A stretch of 64,000 nucleotides of DNA from Eledone cirrhosa. Taxonomy: Eukaryota. Location: the NCBI GenBank assembly GCA_964016885.1, contig OZ024758.1:11966001-12030000 (forward strand), read 5' to 3'. The position numbers were made by a program, and so were the translations under genes. Of the stretch, positions 56,819 to 64,000 are shown in pieces. Under the pieces are notes generated by a model. That model ran no database searches. It worked only from the letters and a program-made list of their open reading frames with translations, and had not been told where the DNA came from. The stretch's first letter is position 1, and the number at the start of each line of letters is the position of its first letter.

Positions 56819-56907
56819 CGAACTAAAACTGAAATGGTGGTGTATAGAATTTTATTGGTAGCATGAGTCTTCTAAAGTATAATAATATGTTTCGGTGCAC
56901 GATTCTA

Positions 56908-57224
<317 letters not shown>

Positions 57225-57289
57225 ATAAGCATATATATGTGTGTGTATATATATATATATGTGTATATATATGTGAGCATATATATATA

Positions 57290-57867
<578 letters not shown>

Positions 57868-59230
57868 CTAAACGTTAAGCATAGATTCTCCTAGGGTTAT
57901 CTATATTCTCTGACAATGTTCTCGCTTGTTTTCCTTCTTGTTCCTACTTTCCAACGTCTATATCCATACATTGGTATTGTTTTATATTCATGACTATAGA
58001 TACATATAGATAGGCATTGACTATTATCGATTGCTTGATAGGCATAAAAAAAACTACATATGTTTACATACATGTATATATACAGCTGTTTGAATATATT
58101 TCTCTATTCTATGTACAGTCTACGTGGTTATCTCAATATATATACCCGCTAGCTCATCATTTATATCTGCTTACTCAGCATTTTGATGTTTATTCTCATT
58201 TTATTTTTCTCGAGAACTCTATGAATACATGTTATATCGGTCTTTATTGTTTTTCTTAGATTTATTTCTGTTTATTTTCATTCTAACGACAAAAGAAGCA
58301 GCTTATTTCTAACAAAGAAACAACATTCCATCACTTCAATTTGGTTTACAAAAAATGACGAAGAGTTGTTTGTTGCAGTTCAGAAAGCTTTTACCTTTAC
58401 TCACTCTTGCATATAACAAACTTTCAACTTCGAATCTTTGTGATTTCACATAAATATTCTTAAATCTCGTTCATTTTGGGAAAACATGTTCACGTTTGAA
58501 GTGGTGGTTGGGCATGGCAACTCTAAATATAAAAAAAACCTTTATACTTTTACTTGAGCAACTGTATATAATAAGATTGTTTTGTTTGTATTTAGTGGAA
58601 CACATGTTGAGAATATTCCACCAACAATGGTTGAATGTGGTATGCTACAAACAATGTGTTTACGCTGTTTTGTTCAGCGTAAGACTTTCTAACGACTGAA
58701 TTATTCAATGATTTAGAAACATCATCATACATTATTGGTATGACATTTATGGGCACATGTTCAACACATTTCTATCATTCTCTATAGGTTTCGTGAAGAA
58801 AATCAGCATTTCTATTGCATTACGTTGGATCTAAAACTTCCTTATATGGCTTTTTGTTCTTAATGTATTTTTTAATCTTCAAAATATGATGTGATGTGAC
58901 AGCCATTAATTCACATGGGTATAGATTTTCTGTCAATGTAAACACTATCCTCACTTCTACTGGAATTATCCATGAATAATCTCTTTTGTAATTGACAATG
59001 CGAGAGTTGGTTTTTTTTTTCAAATCTTCTTGGAATAGCTAGTTAAATACCACCTGGTTTACAAGGACAGTTAAGAAAATGATCAATTTAAATTTGCTGT
59101 TGTTGTTTAAACCATTATGTCGTGGCTTATAACTCACCTTAAACATACATCGTTTTCTAATATTAATAAAATCAGGAGTATTACTAGAAATATATTTCTG
59201 GCTATGTGTTTTCTACACGCATTAATATTA

Positions 59231-59312
59231 ATAATTGTTTCTACTTTTGGCACAAGGCCAGCACTTACTGGTACTTTATTTTATCGACCCCGTAAGGATG
59301 AAAGGCAAAGTT
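59231..59312 (-). mobile_element. Truncated SINE
   Basis: 3' half of the family consensus. Confidence 0.8.
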
Positions 59313-60543
59313 ATCCTGTTAGTTATCAACAACATTACGCTGACTATTTTGAAAACTCCTAAAACATTGATATAGCTTCTCATTGATTTCAATACTAAAG
59401 TGTTATAATGCCTACTCCTGTATATCAGATGTATTCACAGAACGTTGAAAAATCTCTATGTATTCGCTCTAATATAGCTCTGACCTCCTACATCAAATAA
59501 TGTAATTTTTGTTAGTATTGACATAAAGCTAAATTATTTCATTTGTTATTGGAACACGACTTATAAAGCTAAAGAGCATAACATTTTAAAGTGGTTTATT
59601 AATATGATTATTAATATTAACAATTGTATTGATATAATATCACCAAAGAAATCATAAACGCTTCTTTGTTTTTTAATAAAGCAAATCATTAAAATTGATT
59701 ACAAATGTTTAAATCAATTGGTTTATTATATGAATATTAAAACGCAACTACAGCATAGTTTGCATTTAATTGTATTACCTTATAATTACGAAGTATAGCA
59801 TCTAATTTCACGATTCTCTCCAATACTCCTCGTCTAATTCCAACTATAGTATGACAAGGCTATGACCGTAATTCCCTCTAAAGAAACGAGAATCGTATAA
59901 ATCTATCATTCTTATCAAAGCCATTATTTGAAGTATTCATATAGCTGATAGTATACATAAGATTCAATATAAACAAGGAGCGTTACGCAGTGCAGAACTT
60001 TGGTAAATATCTATACATGGATTATGTGTGAATTCAACTATACATGGAATTGTTGATTCTCTTTTCTTCCACTGGAATGGAACGCATTTTTGTTGATTTT
60101 CAAACCGCAATATTCTAGGAGGGTTTTAACGGTAGTATCTACAAGGGATATTTCCCATTCTAGTTAAATATATTGAATGTCAATAACTAGGTTTTGTGTT
60201 TTTACATTTTCTCGATGTTAGACAATAATACAGAAATGATAAATCATATTATCTGACAGATATTCAGTTTACTAACTGCTCCTTGCCATGCTACGATTAA
60301 CCTGAAAATATAGGAGATTAAATCTAAATAACATAAGACATGTTATTTAGATTTAATCTTTAATGCTTCAACGCCTTCCTCAAAAATAATGGTTTCTGAT
60401 TTAGGCACAAGGTCAGTCATAAGTGGAGAGGTGACAGGTCTGGTTTTACCATAATAGGAGTCTAGCAGAGGTATAGGCAGTTGACTCCATACATTTGCTG
60501 AAATGAAAGTACGCTTTTAAGATTATCAATGTGGTTCTTAATA

Positions 60544-60750
60544 CAGGGTGACCACAAAAACACTCCTTGACTTCAGATACTTATAATATAAAAGCTTAAA
60601 TGAATATTTTTATAATATTGGTGGCTACAGTTGCATAAACTAACAAAGCTTCGTGTGATATTGGTTGATATCATAGACACTTGATGTGTGCTCCTTTTCT
60701 TGATTGGCAAACATCAATAATCAAGCTCAAATGTTTTTGTGGTCACCCTG
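60544..60750. mobile_element. Tc1/mariner MITE (207 bp)
   Basis: TA-CAGGGTGACCACAAAAACA...TGTTTTTGTGGTCACCCTG-TA; perfect 19-bp TIR. Confidence 0.88.
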
Positions 60751-60865
60751 TATTTTTATTTTAACAATATTAAAAAAAAGTAGTAAAATATGATATCCCC
60801 ACTGATATTGTTACGAACCAATGTTTCAAAATGGGTTAATGAAATGTTATTATATATTATATATT

Positions 60866-61245
60866 AATTGGCAGTATCGGTAGAGAGTCGGACACCATGC
60901 TTTGAAGCATAGAGTTACGTCCCTTTATGATCTGAGTTCAAATCCCGCCGAGGTTAACTTTGCCTTTCATCCTTACGGGGTCGATAAAATAAAGTACCAG
61001 TAATACACTGGGTTAATTGCTGGCCTTGTGCCAAAAAGTAGAAACAATTATTACGGTGGATTGGGAGTATCGGTAGAGAGTCGGACACCATGCTTTGAAG
61101 CATAGAGTTACGTCCCTTTATGATCTGAGTTCAAATCCCGCCGAGGTTAACTTTGCCTTTCATCCTTACGGGGTCGATAAAATAAAGTACAAGTAATACA
61201 CTGGAATACTTGCTGGCCTTGTGCCAAAAGTAGAAACAATTATTA
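60866..61245 (+). mobile_element. Tandem SINE dimer
   Basis: 60866-61051 and 61054-61245 are near-identical in their 5' parts. Confidence 0.9.
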
Positions 61246-61638
61246 TAGACTGAATAATTTATAGGAGAATGACCATCAAATATCCACAAATTTTATGGTT
61301 TTTGTATTCGATCAATTATTTTTCGGCAGCATCCTTTCCCTAGTTCTATGAAAAGTTTATATTATTTAAAGCAATGCTAAGATTTTCAATATCTGCGAGA
61401 ACATAAATAAATAATCCACTAAAAATTCGAAGTTTTATATTGTTTCTATCTATTTTATTGCATGATATCTATCTATCTATCTATCTATTGTATGTAAACT
61501 TCCCCCTTTGTGGCTAATAAAGAAATATATCTATCTATCTATCTCTCTCTCTCTATATATATATATATGTGTGTGTGTGAGTGTGTGTGTATGTGTGTGT
61601 GTGTGTGTGTGCGTGTGTGTGTGTATGTGTGTGTGTGT

Positions 61639-61916
61639 GGAGGCACGTGGCCTAGTGGTAAGGGTGTTGGACTTACGATCATAATGTCGTGGGTTCGATT
61701 CCTGGGTTGCGTGTTGTTTTCTTGGGCAAAACATTTCATTTCACGTTGCTTGCTCCAGTATACTCAACTGAAAATGAGTACCAGCAATAGCTGGAGGTTT
61801 AACCCTGCGATGGACTTGCGTCCTGTCCAGGGGGGTGTCTTGTACTCTCAGTCGCTTCACGCCATGAACCGGGATAAGCACCGGCCAAATGATCTTTCTG
61901 GCTAAAGACAGACTTT
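61639..61916 (+). mobile_element. Second tRNA-SINE family (head, CORE-like and V-like domains) inside (TG)n
   Basis: A box TGGCCTAGTGG, B box GGTTCGATTCC, cttgggcaaaacatttcatttcac and aaccctgcgatggacttgcgtcctgtccagggg. Confidence 0.8.
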
Positions 61917-61927
61917 AGACTTGTTTA

Positions 61928-62024
<97 letters not shown>

Positions 62025-62148
62025 CAATAGAGAAATAGAATTGAATAGCCAAGAATGAATAAGGAGCAATATTTTATGGATAGATTTAAATTCATTTAAT
62101 GAAAATCAGAGAAAGGTAACAGCGTAGAAGGAAATTGTTTTCAGATAG

Positions 62149-62207
62149 ATAATTGTTTCTACGTTAGGCACAAGGCCAGCAATTACCCAGTGTATTATTG
62201 GTACTTT
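62149..62207 (-). mobile_element. Short 3' SINE fragment with 16-bp TSD
   Basis: ttttcagatagataat on both sides. Confidence 0.8.
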
Positions 62208-63033
62208 TTTCAGATAGATAATACCGAGTGTTTCAAAAGATTTGATTTACTACCTTCGCGAATTTAGATCATATTGTTACCTTATAAAGACATACTCATC
62301 AACATTACAGTGACAGATTTTTAGATTTGTGTTCAATTAATTACACACGATGTATATTTCTTATAATATTACTGGAGTTAATTATTGTAATTAGCTAATT
62401 ATAATTCTCCCCAATAAGATCTTAAATTATTTTACAACCCCGTACGTCATTTTCAAGTATATAAACTAATATACAAACATCAATATATTTCATTATAACA
62501 TTTATAATATTTATAGTAAATAGGTATTAAGGTGTTTAATGTATATTTTATTAGAAGATATTTGAAAATAGCTATAATTTATAGAATCTACCAACTGACA
62601 AATTTATTTGTGAATTTATCCCCAGAGATGTTAGCAATTTGCTATCTCAGAGAAAATTACTTAAGGAAATTAAATGAAACGATATAATATAATCATTTTA
62701 GAATATACAAAACATAAATGTCAGTGAAAGCACATCACGTTTATATGCTTAGGAGAAATATTTGTTTTGGGGGAAAATATTGCGCAAGCAATTTGCCTTA
62801 TGTGTATATAGTGGTGATAAAGATCTTAACGTTAGGTTTTCAATTGTGAAACTGGGAGGTAGATTGTATTCATGTGCAAAGTTCTTCTTTTCACGTTACC
62901 ATATTTTATACATATCAAACTGACTACCAGCGGTAGTTAGTAAGTTAGGTTTGTGGTAAAGGTGTTTAAGCTCAATGCGAGTTGATAATCAATAGGTGCA
63001 GAGGTTGGAGTGCACCTGGAGCTAATCCAATGA

Positions 63034-63111
<78 letters not shown>

Positions 63112-63452
63112 ATATATATACATATCTGGGGTTTGTATAAGTACTGAAAAGAGGGCATCATGGAAGAAAAAAACAATGGGTATAACAATGGGAATAACAA
63201 TTTCTAGCATCATGTGTTTATCTAAATAACTGAACATGTTCCATTTTACCGTAAATGTAATATATGTCAGTTTTATCAAGAGATATGGTGTTTTTTCTTT
63301 ATATTTTTCTATGCATATGTGCAATATCCCACAGTAATTCCATCTATAAATATTTAGTTGTTTCTAATCATTTACTGTTATCGATGAATTGTAACAAACA
63401 TGACCTGCATTTAATAGAGCCAGCTTGTTTTTCTGTGTCATCGAATATGGTA

Positions 63453-63648
63453 GCAGACCTGTCAATTCTCCCCGTCGGACGGGGAGATCTCCCACCCACT
63501 TTGGGGTGGATGAGATATGTCTTCTCTTGTGAAAATGGGTATAGCTTTCATTATGTAAAATCTACCCATTTTGCCTCATTTCACCCCATGTTGGAGCACT
63601 TTATTTCATGGTACTCCCCGTTTGGGTTTTTAGAGTTTGGTAGGTCTG
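63453..63648 (+). mobile_element. About 195-bp MITE, superfamily unassigned
   Basis: TIRs cagacctgtcaa / ttggtaggtctg; homologue at 20055-20243. Confidence 0.65.
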
Positions 63649-64000
63649 TGGTTTGTGGTAGGCAACACATTCTATCCAACATTCTGACGACTCTGCCAAT
63701 GTTCTGCCTTACAGACTTAGCTAAGTCCTGTTAACTGTAACTTGTGATTTACAGATTTATCTAACAGAGAATATATGTTTATAGTAAATCATATTACAGA
63801 GAAGAATAAAATCATATTTCCATAAATAGAATATTATGAAAATTTATGTTGATATATTTATGGAAAGATATATTCAGGAAATTATTGAAATTTTTGAAAA
63901 TATAATCATAAATTTATTAAATTTACAACTCAGTATATGTACATAGTAATTTGAATATTAAACATGTTTTGCTTTTCAACATATTGTTTATTCTTTTTAT

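Noticed and set aside
61639-61710. Functional tRNA gene
   Set aside because: A and B boxes are present but there is no closed acceptor stem; the sequence continues into SINE body domains.
62223-62443. Possible degenerate mariner MITE
   Set aside because: The termini are too mismatched to establish TIRs.

Overview
AT-rich eukaryotic non-coding DNA, intronic or intergenic. The SINE families suggest an octopod cephalopod (inference). No host protein-coding gene can be supported: nearly all listed ORFs are microsatellite translations, and the only recognisable coding pieces are transposon remnants (R4/Dong RLE-LINE, RTE, Ingi/Vingi-like, Helitron Pif1 helicase). The window holds more than 20 tRNA-derived SINE copies, two well-delimited Helitrons, mariner and hAT MITEs, and two homogeneous tandem arrays (93 bp; 70/71 bp). 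The main observation is a set of distinct short repeat families that abut (TA)n tracts, often as long fold-back inverted repeats, and carry type-I hammerhead ribozyme motifs. Four motifs have a canonical core (16388-16446, 32174-32244, 35910-35964, 55417-55467), one family has a CAGAAGA core variant, and one family keeps only half a hammerhead. This architecture fits Penelope-like pseudo-LTRs or retrozyme-like elements. The 93-bp array appears to be an amplified SINE Pol III head. All structures were read by eye and coordinates are approximate to a few bases.
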